A stretch of DNA of 33,329 nt from Basidiobolus meristosporus CBS 931.73 (lineage: Eukaryota > Fungi > Basidiobolomycota), in the NCBI GenBank assembly GCA_002104905.1, contig MCFE01000822.1, positions 1-33,329 on the forward strand, written 5' to 3'. A program made the position numbers and the translations under genes. A model generated the notes under the pieces. That model ran no database searches. It saw nothing but the letters and a program-made list of their open reading frames with translations, and was not told the origin of the DNA. The stretch's first letter is position 1; each line of letters opens with the position of its first letter. Shown here piece by piece: positions 8,631-18,755 of this stretch.

Positions 8631-11600
8631 ATGAGTAAAGAATCCGTCGTCAACGAATACTTTAATTTTTTAACTCTCTACCAACACCAATATGGTCAAC
8701 AACTCGTTGTTCTTATGCAAGTCGGTAGCTTCTACGAAATTTACGGTGTTGACAACAATACCGAAAAACTTGGTAACCCAGCCGATATCTCCGAGCTCCT
8801 TAATATCATCCTAACTAAAAAAAATAAAAAACTCTCCTACAACAACCGCTCCAACCCCCTACTCGTCGGCTTCCCCTGTGTCGCACTTAAAAAATACATC
8901 CCTTTATTACTCGAGCATAACTACACCCTTGTTATTATCGACCAAAAAGGTTCCCCTCCCAATATCACCCGCGAAGTTACCAATATTATCAGCCCCTCCA
9001 CCTATGTTGACGTTGATGAACCTCTCGTCTCTCGCAATTATCTTGTTCTCTTATTCTTTGACACCAATAAAAAATTAACTTCTGACACCAATAAAAAATT
9101 AACTTCTGACACCAATAAAAAATTAACTTCTGAATCCGATAAAAAATTAATTTCTGAATCCGATAATATCTCTTTTAACATTGGTATTAGTGCCATCGAT
9201 GTTATTACCGGTAAAAATACCGTTTACGAATCTTACTCTACCCCCGAAGATCATCGTCTCTCTTTCGATCATATCCTCTCCTTCCTCAAACAATACCACC
9301 CTCGTGAAGTCGTCTTCTGCTCTCCCTCCAAATATTTAGACTTTATTAAATCCCTCGACCTTGTATCTTACTTAGAACTCTACTCCGACGATATCCTCTT
9401 CCATTACATAGATGCCACTCCTAAAGCTCTTCAACTCAACTACCAGAACGAACTCTTAGGCAACATCTTCCCCCACAAAACCATGCTCTCCAACATAGAA
9501 TTTTTAGATCTCGAACGCAAACCCCTCGCTCTTATTAGTTACGTCCTTCTTATAGAATTCCTTTACCTCCACAATCCCATGCTCGTCCGCAAACTTTCCC
9601 CTCCTGAAATCTTTTTATCCTCCAACCATCTTCTCCTCGCCACCAATACTATAGACCAACTTGATCTTATCCACTTCTCCAAATCCAAGTCTTCCCACAA
9701 ATCTAATCAAACCCAATGTTTACTTGACATTATCGATCTCTGTTCTACTAAAATGGGTAAACGACTCCTTAAAAAGCGTCTCCTCTCTCCCGTCACCAAT
9801 CCCCACAAATTAGAACATCGTTATCGCCAACTCGACGACTTTAGTTCTCTCTTCGAACCTTCCGTAAAAACTTTCGATCGTCTCTTAACTAATATCGCCG
9901 ACCTTGAACGACTTCATCGCCGACTTTTATTAGAAGTTCTAACTTTACCCGAACTTTCTCGACTCTATACCTCTTACAAAGCTATCCTTGATCTTTGCAA
10001 TCTTCTTATTCCTGCCTTCTCCTCCCCTAATACTACTTCTTCCTCTCATGATCTTCCCAACCTACAAACTCTTTCGCTTGATGAGCCTCCCAATATACGC
10101 TCCTCTTCATCCAATGAGCCTCCCAATATACGCTCCTCTTCGTTTGATGATCCTCCCAATATACGCTCCTCTTCATCCAATGAGCTTCCCAATATACGCT
10201 CCTCTTCATCCAATAAGCCTCCCAATATACGCTCCTCTTCGTTTGATGAGCCTCCCAATAGACGTTCCTTTTCATCCAATGAGCCTCCCAATAGACACTC
10301 CTTTTCATCCGATGAGCCTCCCAATATACACTCCTCTTCATCTGATGATCTTCCTAACCCACAAACTTTACCTCCCAAATCTTCTTTACAACATATCCTC
10401 TTGTCTCAACACAAAATTTCCCTTCTTAATAAATTCGTTAACGACATCTCTCGTATCTTTGTTATCGATAATATCCCCACCACTGGCACCCTTGACCCCT
10501 CCATCTTTCGCAAAGGTATCTTCCCCGATCTCGACTCCCTCTCCAACTCTCGAAACTTCTGAACTTGACAAATTAGAAGATATTGCCTTTGCTCTCTCTT
10601 CTCACGCCCTCTCTTATCTTTCTTCTACCTCACGCAAATATGTCGACAAAAAACTTATCCCCATTAAAGTCGACTATTCTCCCCGCTCTGGATACTATCT
10701 TTCTGTCACCAATTCTTTTGCCACCAAACTTAAATCTTCCTTAACCAAATCTTTCATCTCTAACGATAACATTACCTTTAAATCTGACAAATTAAACACC
10801 AAAATCTCCTCCAACAGCCTAACCCACATTAGCGATCATATTCTCTCCCTAGATGACCAAATTAACAAACAACTTAAATCTCTCTTCCTTAGCAGCCTCA
10901 AACACTTATCTTCTTACAAAAATATCTTTCGTCGCATCGAACTCTTTGTCGCCGAATTTGACGTTATTAAATCTAACTACAAAATTAGTCGCCTCTACAA
11001 CTTCTGCCGCCCTGTCGTCAAACTCTCCAACAAAAGTTATTTTAAAGCCACTGATCTCCGTCACCCCCTCATCGAGCGCCTCCAAACTAATCTAGAATAT
11101 GTCCCTAACGATATCACCATCGGTACCAACAACCATGACGGTATTATCTTATACTCCATGAACTCCTGTGGCAAAACCAGCCTCCTCAAAGCCTGCGGCC
11201 TCTCCATCATCCTCGCCCAAATGGGCTCCTTCGTCCCCGCTTCTTCTTTCGAATTCTCTCCCTACAAATCTCTCATGACTCGCATCCTTAGCGAAGATAA
11301 TATTCTCAAAGGCCAATCATCCTTCGTCGCCGAAATGTCTGACCTTAGAAATATCCTCAAACGTGCCGACCCCTACACTTTAGTTCTTGCCGACGAAATT
11401 ACCCACGGCACAGAACACATCTCTGGATCTGCCATCTTTGCCTCCAGCGTCATGACTCTCGCCGAACAAAATATCAGCTTTATGTTCACCACCCATTTAC
11501 ACAACATTTACAAATTTATCAAAGATATTCCCAACGTTAAAGTTTTTCATCTCTCTGTTAATTTCGAACATATTAATTCTAAAAACGTTATTATCTTCGA

Positions 11601-12048
11601 ACGCAAAATTAAAGAAGGCCCCTGTGACTCCATTTATGGCCTCGAAGTCTGCGAATTCCTTAACATGGACTATAACTTTCTCCAAAAAGCTTTCCAAATC
11701 CGTGCCGACATTTTGTCCCGTGAAGATAAAACTTGTCCCACTATTGCCAATGGTCTTCTAAACCAATACTCCAAATATAGCCGTTACAACAAAGATAAAC
11801 TTGTTTACAAATGTCAAATCTGCAACTACGTCCCTACCCAAACTACCGACCTCCCTATCGATGTCCACCATATCCAACATCAACACACTTCTGACAACAA
11901 TGGTATGATCGACCATCGCCACAAAAATTCTAAATCTAATCTCGTTGCTCTTTGCAAAAACTGTCACGTTAAAACCCACCAAAATAAACTCCAGATTAAC
12001 GGCTATGCTAGCACCACCGAAGGTCTTATCTTAAACTTTGAACAATAA
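8631..12048 (+). CDS. mutS7: MutS7-type MutS-HNH fusion, interrupted by one frameshift at ~10555-10562 (pseudogene or assembly indel)
   Basis: First ORF has the mismatch-recognition motif LMQVGSFYEIYG. Second frame has the ATPase motifs YSMNSCGKTS, SSFVAEM, LADEITHGTE and FTTHLH, then a C-terminal HNH/Zn region CQIC...DVHHI...SNLVALCKNCH. The halves are in different frames and join near ...DSLSNSRNF*/ELDKLEDI. Confidence 0.9.
9057..9167 (+). repeat. In-frame 24-bp tandem repeat inside mutS7 (SDTNKKLT, about 4.5 copies)
   Basis: tctgacaccaataaaaaattaact at 9081 and 9105, with variants at 9057, 9129 and 9153. Confidence 0.95.
10080..10343 (+). repeat. In-frame 33-bp tandem repeat inside mutS7 (DEPPNIRSSSS x8)
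   Basis: Eight units such as gatgagcctcccaatatacgctcctcttcatcc, flanked on both sides by a DLPNxQTL-coding direct repeat. Confidence 0.95.
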
Positions 12049-12189
12049 CCATTCTAACCCAACGTTTATCCCTTTTTAAAACTCCTTTCAAACCTAACTC
12101 CCACCCCCTAATAAAACTTTTTTTATAAACCCTAATCTTTCTCTAACAACTTTTCCCAAAGTCTAACCGTCAAACTCCAATTAACATCT

Positions 12190-12640
12190 TTTTCAAGATC
12201 CAAACTTTATCATCATGAAAACTTTTTAAAAAACTTTTTTAAACATCAAGATTAAAACTTTGTCATCCTAAAAAACTTTTTCGACCAAACTTTTTTCCAA
12301 ATCTAAACTTTGTCATCCCGCAAAACTTTCTCGACCAAACTTAATCTTTCTACTCCCAAACTCTCTCGACCCAAACCTTTTTCAAGATCTAAACTTTGTC
12401 ATCCCGCAAAACTTTCTCGACCAAACTTTTTTCAAGATTTTAGTTTAGTCTTCCCGCCAAACTTTTTTTTAAGATCTAAACTTTGTCATCACGCAAAACT
12501 CTTTTTAAAAAAATTTGTCATCGCGCAACCTTTTTTCGACTAAACTTTTTCAAGATTTTAGTTTAGTCTTCCCGCCAAACTCTTTTCAAGATCTAAACTT
12601 TGTCATCACGCAAAACTTTTTCGACTAAACTTTGACAAAT
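12190..12640 (+). repeat. Composite intergenic repeat of TCAAGATCTAAACTTTGTCATC(C/A)CGCAAAACT, CTCGACCAAACT and TTTTAGTTTAGTCTTCCCGCCAAACT modules
   Basis: About six copies of the AAGATCTAAACTTTGTCATC module and two of TTTTAGTTTAGTCTTCCCGCC in the convergent intergenic region. Confidence 0.85.
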
Positions 12641-12730
12641 AAAAAAGTTTTCTCCAGACTTTTAGTCCAGATTTTTTTTAATCTATGTTTTTATTCTAAT
12701 GTCTATTTTGTTTATTTTTTTTAACCAGTT

Positions 12731-13147
12731 TTAAATCATAATGCCAATTAACATTATTAACATTATAAACAACCCGTTTATAGTTATTTTAGAACTGCTT
12801 GACCCAATTGGAAATACACAATTCCTACCCGGAGTCGTAATATTTGTATACATTTTTGTATTTATAAAGTTGATATAATTACATCGGACAGAACAATACG
12901 TAAAACCATTCGTTGAACACAAATTAATTGCTTCGAAAGTCTCGTTTTGCAAAATATTTATATTCGTATTATTGTTGTAGTTTAAATAACCAAAATAATT
13001 ATATCCTTGGCATGTTCCATTTGTAACAACACTATTAGTAGACAAAGATATCATATTAAAAAGATCTTCGTTCAAAAACGTAAACGCATTTAAAGTAAGA
13101 TCTGTATTTACTTCCGCAACTTCAACGTCTGTAAGAATGCAAGACAT
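12731..13147 (-). CDS. Hypothetical Cys-containing protein with a C-terminal hydrophobic anchor (138 aa)
   Basis: ATG at 13147 (MSCILTD...). Five Cys, N-X-S/T sequons (NGT, NNT, NET, NIT), ends SSSSKITINGLFIMLIMLIGIMI. Confidence 0.7.
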   Translation of the reverse strand: MSCILTDVEVAEVNTDLTLNAFTFLNEDLFNMISLSTNSVVTNGTCQGYNYFGYLNYNNNTNINILQNETFEAINLCSTNGFTYCSVRCNYINFINTKMYTNITTPGRNCVFPIGSSSSKITINGLFIMLIMLIGIMI

Positions 13148-13493
13148 TTTTTTTAAGTTTCGTAAAAATCGTACGTTATTATATACAACAATCAAACAAT
13201 ATTCTTAACCCGACCCAAACCTTTTTAAAAAACATTTTCCAAAAACCAAATTTAAAAACTATATTTAAAAGATCAAAAATCAAAAACTAAATTTAAACAT
13301 CAAGATTAAAACTTTTTCCGAATTAACTTTTTTAAACATCAAGATCTAAACTTTGTCATCCCGAAAAACTTAAAAAACATATTCTATACCCAAAACTTAA
13401 TCATACAAAAAACCTTTTTAATTCAAACATAATAACTTATTTTCCAAAAATTTATTTTTATTCATCCCGATTTTTTTAATGCAAAATATTTAT

Positions 13494-14492
13494 TTAATTG
13501 CATCCTATTTTAACTTCATCTAATGTTTCATCATCTAAAAATATATTTTCGAACTCCTTTAGTTCATCGTTAGATAAATGTTTTATATATCTAATCTCAA
13601 AACGCTTGGATTTCTTTTCTAATATTTCTTTTAATCTATCTAATTTGCATCTTAAGTTTCCAAACTGCTGTAAAATTTTTTGTTCAGGTTTTTGTTCCAT
13701 ATTTTTGTTAAAATTCCAGACCAATCCTTTCAACTCTCGTTGTATCCTATCTAATCTTTGCCTTGATCTTCGTTCGTCCATTTTAAGTTTTAATCTGTAT
13801 TTTAAATCTTCTTCATATTTTTGCAACACCCTTTTTGATTCTTGTTTAGCCCGAATTAAATCATACTCCAACGTATCCAATTTCTCTTTTAATTGTTGGT
13901 CGGAATTAATTTTTAAATTTTGTATAAAATTATCGGTGTATTTATTATTTAATTCGTTGATTAATAAAAGAGTTTTTACGTAATCTTTGAGATTTGTTAT
14001 ATTAAATATATTACTGTTGTTATAATAAAATCCATCCCTAAACAATAATTTAATATCCCATTTAATGTTATTTAAAACATATAAATTACACCTTTCTGGT
14101 TTACTAAAATCGAGATCGGTTATAATAGTTAGTAATATCATTGCAAAGTGCAAATAACAAATAATAGTATTGTTTTTCTTTAATTCTGTTCGAAAAAAAC
14201 GCCATATTATTGGTAATAGTAACAAACACACTATTATTGCATATTTTTTATCGCTATCATACCAACTTGGATTCAACCAAACCTGCAAATACTTTCTGCG
14301 TTTAATTTTAAAATTAATAATCCAACATGTTGCATTTATTAAAATCAAAAACGCAATAATTACAAAACATGCAATAAATGTGTGTTTAGCAGATCCGCCT
14401 GGGTGAAATATTTGATTGTATAAAAGTGGTATATACAATATATAAATATATCTTCGACACAATCGTCCAATTTCGTAACTTAATTCTCCCAT
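13494..14492 (-). CDS. 4-TM/coiled-coil multigene family, copy 1 (332 aa)
   Basis: Shared motifs INATCWIINFKIKRRKYLQVWLNPSWYD, LNNIKWDIKL and RYIKHLSNDELKEFENIFLDD. Confidence 0.9.
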   Translation of the reverse strand: MGELSYEIGRLCRRYIYILYIPLLYNQIFHPGGSAKHTFIACFVIIAFLILINATCWIINFKIKRRKYLQVWLNPSWYDSDKKYAIIVCLLLLPIIWRFFRTELKKNNTIICYLHFAMILLTIITDLDFSKPERCNLYVLNNIKWDIKLLFRDGFYYNNSNIFNITNLKDYVKTLLLINELNNKYTDNFIQNLKINSDQQLKEKLDTLEYDLIRAKQESKRVLQKYEEDLKYRLKLKMDERRSRQRLDRIQRELKGLVWNFNKNMEQKPEQKILQQFGNLRCKLDRLKEILEKKSKRFEIRYIKHLSNDELKEFENIFLDDETLDEVKIGCN

Positions 14493-14679
14493 TGAGAAAG
14501 GGTTTTTTCGTATTATTAATATTATAACATAAATGTTGACATCAATAAGTTAATTGTATTTGATTTATTTGCGTAAATGGAATTAATAATTTATTGTTAT
14601 ATTATTTGTACATTTTTTGGCATTAAACCCGAAATAATTTTTTGCATTAAGATTTAAACTTTTTTAAAAAACATTTTTC

Positions 14680-14808
14680 AAATATCAAATTTAAATATCA
14701 AATTTCAAAAACCAAATTTAAAATTTAAAAATCAAAAATCAAATATCAAATATCAAATATCAAAATTAAAACTTTTTCCGACCCCCAAACTCTCTCGACC
14801 CAAACTTT
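14680..14808 (-). repeat. 7-bp (ATATCAA/AAATCAA) repeat followed by the CCGACCCCCAAACTCTCTCGACCC module
   Basis: aaaatcaaaaatcaaatatcaaatatcaaatatcaaaa, the reverse complement of the 1505 and 4645 repeats. Confidence 0.8.
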
Positions 14809-14809
14809 T

Positions 14810-15736
14810 TTAAACATCAAGATCTAAATTTTGACAAAAAACAATAATTTTATCACGTCTATAATATCTAAGATATAATTGCAGAATAAATATATTTTTA
14901 AATTCTTCGAGTTCGTCATCAGATAAATGTTTGATGTATTTAAAATTAAAAAGTTTGGATTCCTGTTCAAGAATTTCTCGTTTGTGTTCCCGTTCTATAG
15001 TTGTTAAATTACGTTCAAACTTTTCGTATTCCTGATTTACATTTTGTAAATTTTGTTCCAATTGTTGCTTTAATACGTAATTTATTTCATGCCCAGCATT
15101 CTGGTTGTATTCTTGATCGAACTTATGTTTTAAATTATTAAACTTTTGTCTAAATTGTTGTTTATATTTGTCTGGATAATCATATTTTCCAGATAAATAA
15201 GCGTCCACATAAAGTCTAAGGCGTTCTATGTTTTTAATATTAGCGCTACCAAATTTGACCTCATCAGAATAAGAGATTTTAATATCCCAGTTAATACTAT
15301 TTAATATAGGCAAATTATACTTATTTAAAGTAATAAATTCGCAAAAAAACATTGCGTATATAGCTACTAAACTACATGCAAAATGCATATAATAAAAAAT
15401 AAACCATATAAAACCCAATTCCTTTTGATAACCACAACAAAGTATATACACCAATAATAACGTAAAAATTAGTCCATATTTGTAACTTCCATCATACCAA
15501 CATGGATTTAACAAAACTTGCAAAGATTTGCGACGTTTAAGTTTATGATTAATTATTCAACAAAATGCGTCTATCAAAATAACAGCCAAATACAGAATTA
15601 ACCAAACGATATTACAATTAATTTCAAACTTATACATGCATAAAAATCCAAAATTAAGTATGAAAACATGGTATCTGGCATCTATAATATTAATATGCTT
15701 TACCAAACTTGTAATTGTATGCGCCGAAAGTATCAT
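14810..15736 (-). pseudogene. 4-TM/coiled-coil family, copy 2, with a premature TGA at the conserved Trp
   Basis: ATG at 15736 is in frame with the 14810-15523 ORF. The sequence reads IDAFC*IINHKLKRRKSLQVLLNP where paralogues have DATCW; the TGA is at 15557-15559. The C-terminus also diverges after KHLSDDELEEFKNIF. Confidence 0.85.
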
Positions 15737-16043
15737 CGAAAAAAAGTATTTTTCGTATTGTTAAAACCATAAACTAGTTGTACATATTAATCTTTTTTAC
15801 ATCAAAAAATTATGCACGCTTATATTAAATTTTATACGCATTAACTTTATATTAATATTTTTGTTTCAAGATTTAAATTTTAACCACTCCCAAAAAACTT
15901 TAACCCCAACAACCAAACTTTTTTAAAAAAACTAATTTTATCCAAAAATAAACAACTTAATCATACAAAAAACATTCTTGATTTAAACATAATAACTCAT
16001 CTTTCTATTTTTTAACGCAACAAATATATCCAATCGTATACTA

Positions 16044-17024
16044 TTATATTTTGCCTGATGCTTCATCATCTAAAAGTATATTTTTAAATTCTTCCAATTC
16101 ATCATTGGATAAATGTTTTATATATCTAACGGTAAATTTTTTAGTTTTTTCTAATATTTCTTTTAACCTATCTAATTTGCATCTTAAATTACCAAACTGT
16201 TGTCTAATTTTTTGGTCAAGTTTTTGTTCTAAATCTCCGTTAAAATTCCACACCAATTCTTTTAGTTCTCGTTGTATATTCTTTAATCTTTGCTCCGATT
16301 TTTGCAGATCTATTTTAGCCTTTATTCTATATTTCAAAACTCCTTCGTATTCTTGCAAAAATATCTTTAATTCTTGTTTAATTCGAATTAAATCTTGTTC
16401 TGAGTTATACGATTTTTCTTTTAATTGTTGATCAGAATTGGTTTCCAAATTTCGTATAAAATCATCCGTATATTTGCCGTTCAACTCTTCTATTAACAAA
16501 AAAATTTCTGCATACCTTTTAAGCTTTATTATGTTCTGAATTGTATTGTCACCCGAAAAGGCTCCGTCTTTAAACAATAAGTTGATATCCCAATTAATGT
16601 TATTTAGAATAAATAAATTATAATTTCCCAGTTTTTTACGTTCCATATACCCTACAATATCTAATAATACCATTAACAAATATAAACAACAAGTACAAAT
16701 TGTATTTGTATGTAATTTTACCCAAAACAGACTCCAGATTACAGGTAATATTAATATAGAATTTAACATTACGTAGTTTTTGTATTCATCATACCAACAT
16801 GGATTTAACAAAACTTGCAAATACTTTCTGCGTTTAATTTTATAATTAATTATCCAACATGTTGCAGATATTAAAATATAAAACGCGATGTGCAAAAACC
16901 GTGCAATAAATGTATAATTATTGAATTTCGTTGAACGAAATACGTCAACGTATAAATCAAGTATATAATATGCAGGAAGATATATTCGACAAAAATGTCC
17001 AAATGCGTAAGTTAATTTTCCCAT
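16044..17024 (-). CDS. 4-TM/coiled-coil multigene family, copy 3 (326 aa)
   Basis: ISATCWIINYKIKRRKYLQVLLNPCWYD ... RYIKHLSNDELEEFKNILLDD. Confidence 0.9.
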   Translation of the reverse strand: MGKLTYAFGHFCRIYLPAYYILDLYVDVFRSTKFNNYTFIARFLHIAFYILISATCWIINYKIKRRKYLQVLLNPCWYDEYKNYVMLNSILILPVIWSLFWVKLHTNTICTCCLYLLMVLLDIVGYMERKKLGNYNLFILNNINWDINLLFKDGAFSGDNTIQNIIKLKRYAEIFLLIEELNGKYTDDFIRNLETNSDQQLKEKSYNSEQDLIRIKQELKIFLQEYEGVLKYRIKAKIDLQKSEQRLKNIQRELKELVWNFNGDLEQKLDQKIRQQFGNLRCKLDRLKEILEKTKKFTVRYIKHLSNDELEEFKNILLDDEASGKI

Positions 17025-17400
17025 TGTAAACGTCTGTTTTTTCGTATAATTTTAGTATTATAAAAAACTGTAAATCTCAATAATTCTATTATAATTATTA
17101 TATTATTCGAACGTCAAACTCGAACCTCAAGATTAAAATTTTTTTTAATAATTTTAAACCAAGTTAGAACCTCAAGATCCAAAGTTTTTGTCGAATAAAA
17201 ATAGTTAAACAATATTTGAACCTCAAGATTAAAACTTTGTCATCCTAAAAAACTTTTTTAAAAAACATTTTCCAAATATCAAATATCAAAAACCAAAGTC
17301 TAAACGATAAACCAAAATTTATATCTTCCTTTCAAGATTTAAACGTGTTCTTAGTCATCCCGATTTTTTTACATCTAAAAATATATCTAATTGTATACTG

Positions 17401-18372
17401 TTATATTTTGTCTGATGCTTCATCATCCAAAAATATGTTGTTGAACTCCTCTAATTCATCATTGGATAAATGTTTTATATATCTAACGGTAAATTTTTTA
17501 GTTTTTTCTAATATTTCTTTTAACCTATCTAATTTGCATGTTAAATTCACAAATTGCCGTTTAATTTTTACATCAAGTTTTTGTTCTAAATTTGTGTTAA
17601 AATTCCAATCTACTTCGACCAGTTCTTGTCGTATATTCTTTAATCTTTGCTCTGATTTTTGTTGGTCTATTTTAACCTCTACTCTACGTTCCAAAATTTT
17701 TTTATATTCTTGCAAGACTCTTTTTAATTCTTGTTTAGCCAAATTCAAATCATACTCTAACGTATTTAATTTGTCTTTTAATTGTTGATCAGAATTGTTT
17801 TCCAAATTTTGTACAAAATTATCGGCATATTTGTTACCCAATTTATTTATTAACAAAACGGTTGTTACGTAATCTTTAAGTTCTATTATCCTATATATTG
17901 TACTGTTACCAATATTCCATCCATCAAAAAGCAATAGTTTAATATCCCAGTTAATGTTATTTAGAATAAATAAATTGTATTTCCCATATTTAATATAATA
18001 GAGATCGGCTGAAATCGATGAAACAATCATCCATAAATATGTATAGCACATAAGGGGTATTTCGGCACGTTTTTTTATTTGATAAAAATACCATATTACA
18101 GGTAGCAATAATATCAAACTTGGTATTGCATTTCTTTTATTCCCATCATACCAACTCGGATTTAACAAGACTTGTAAATGTTTACGGCGTTTAATTTTAT
18201 AATTAATTATCCAACATGTTGCATCTATAAAAACAAAAAGCGCTAAATTTAACAAAATTGCATAAATAGTATAACTACCCAAATTAAATGTATAAATATG
18301 TAACATTGGTATCCCTAATATATAAACATATTTTTTTAAAATTTCCCCAAATGCATATGTTAATTCCCCCAT
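17401..18372 (-). CDS. 4-TM/coiled-coil multigene family, copy 4 (323 aa from the ATG at 18372)
   Basis: MGELTYAFG start matches the paralogues; IDATCWIINYKIKRRKHLQVLLNPSWYD ... RYIKHLSNDELEEFNNIFLDD. Confidence 0.9.
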   Translation of the reverse strand: MGELTYAFGEILKKYVYILGIPMLHIYTFNLGSYTIYAILLNLALFVFIDATCWIINYKIKRRKHLQVLLNPSWYDGNKRNAIPSLILLLPVIWYFYQIKKRAEIPLMCYTYLWMIVSSISADLYYIKYGKYNLFILNNINWDIKLLLFDGWNIGNSTIYRIIELKDYVTTVLLINKLGNKYADNFVQNLENNSDQQLKDKLNTLEYDLNLAKQELKRVLQEYKKILERRVEVKIDQQKSEQRLKNIRQELVEVDWNFNTNLEQKLDVKIKRQFVNLTCKLDRLKEILEKTKKFTVRYIKHLSNDELEEFNNIFLDDEASDKI

Positions 18373-18524
18373 TATAAGTGCTTTTTGTATTATCAAGACT
18401 TTACTATAACTGTAAATATCGATAATTATAACATCAAATTTTCGCACGTTTAAATGTTTAACTCAAATTACCAGTTGTGTTTCAAAATTAATTATTTTGC
18501 AAATCTTTTTTAAAAAACATTTTT

Positions 18525-18650
18525 CAAATATTAAATATCAAAAATCAAATATCAAAAATCAAACATCAAAAATCAAATTTCAAAAATCAAATATCAAATA
18601 TCATATTTAAAATTCGAATTTAAAAACCAAGTTTAAATATCAAAAACCAA
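18525..18650 (-). repeat. 7-bp (ATATCAA/AAATCAA) tandem repeat
   Basis: aaatatcaaaaatcaaatatcaaaaatcaaacatcaaaaatcaaatttcaaaaatcaaatatcaaatatc. Confidence 0.85.
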
Positions 18651-18755
18651 AGTCTAAACGATAAACCAAAATTTATATCTTTCTTTCAAGATTTAAACGT
18701 GTTCTTAGTCATCCCGATTTTTTTTACATCCAAAAATATATCTAATTGTATACTG

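Noticed and set aside
9988-10378. Antisense ORFs 10033-10341 and 10046-10378, and the N-terminal part of ORF 9988
   Set aside because: They are open frames created by the 33-bp repeat within mutS7.
10545-10575. Programmed +1 ribosomal frameshift in mutS7 at TTC TGA
   Set aside because: It does not match established shift sites well, and an independent 1-bp indel in PTR2 makes assembly error or mutation more parsimonious.
15557-15559. TGA reassigned to Trp in the virus (all viral ORFs here end in TAA)
   Set aside because: Only one such codon exists; other Trp codons in these AT-rich genes are TGG and the long ORFs are open in the standard code. All-TAA endings are expected at this AT content.
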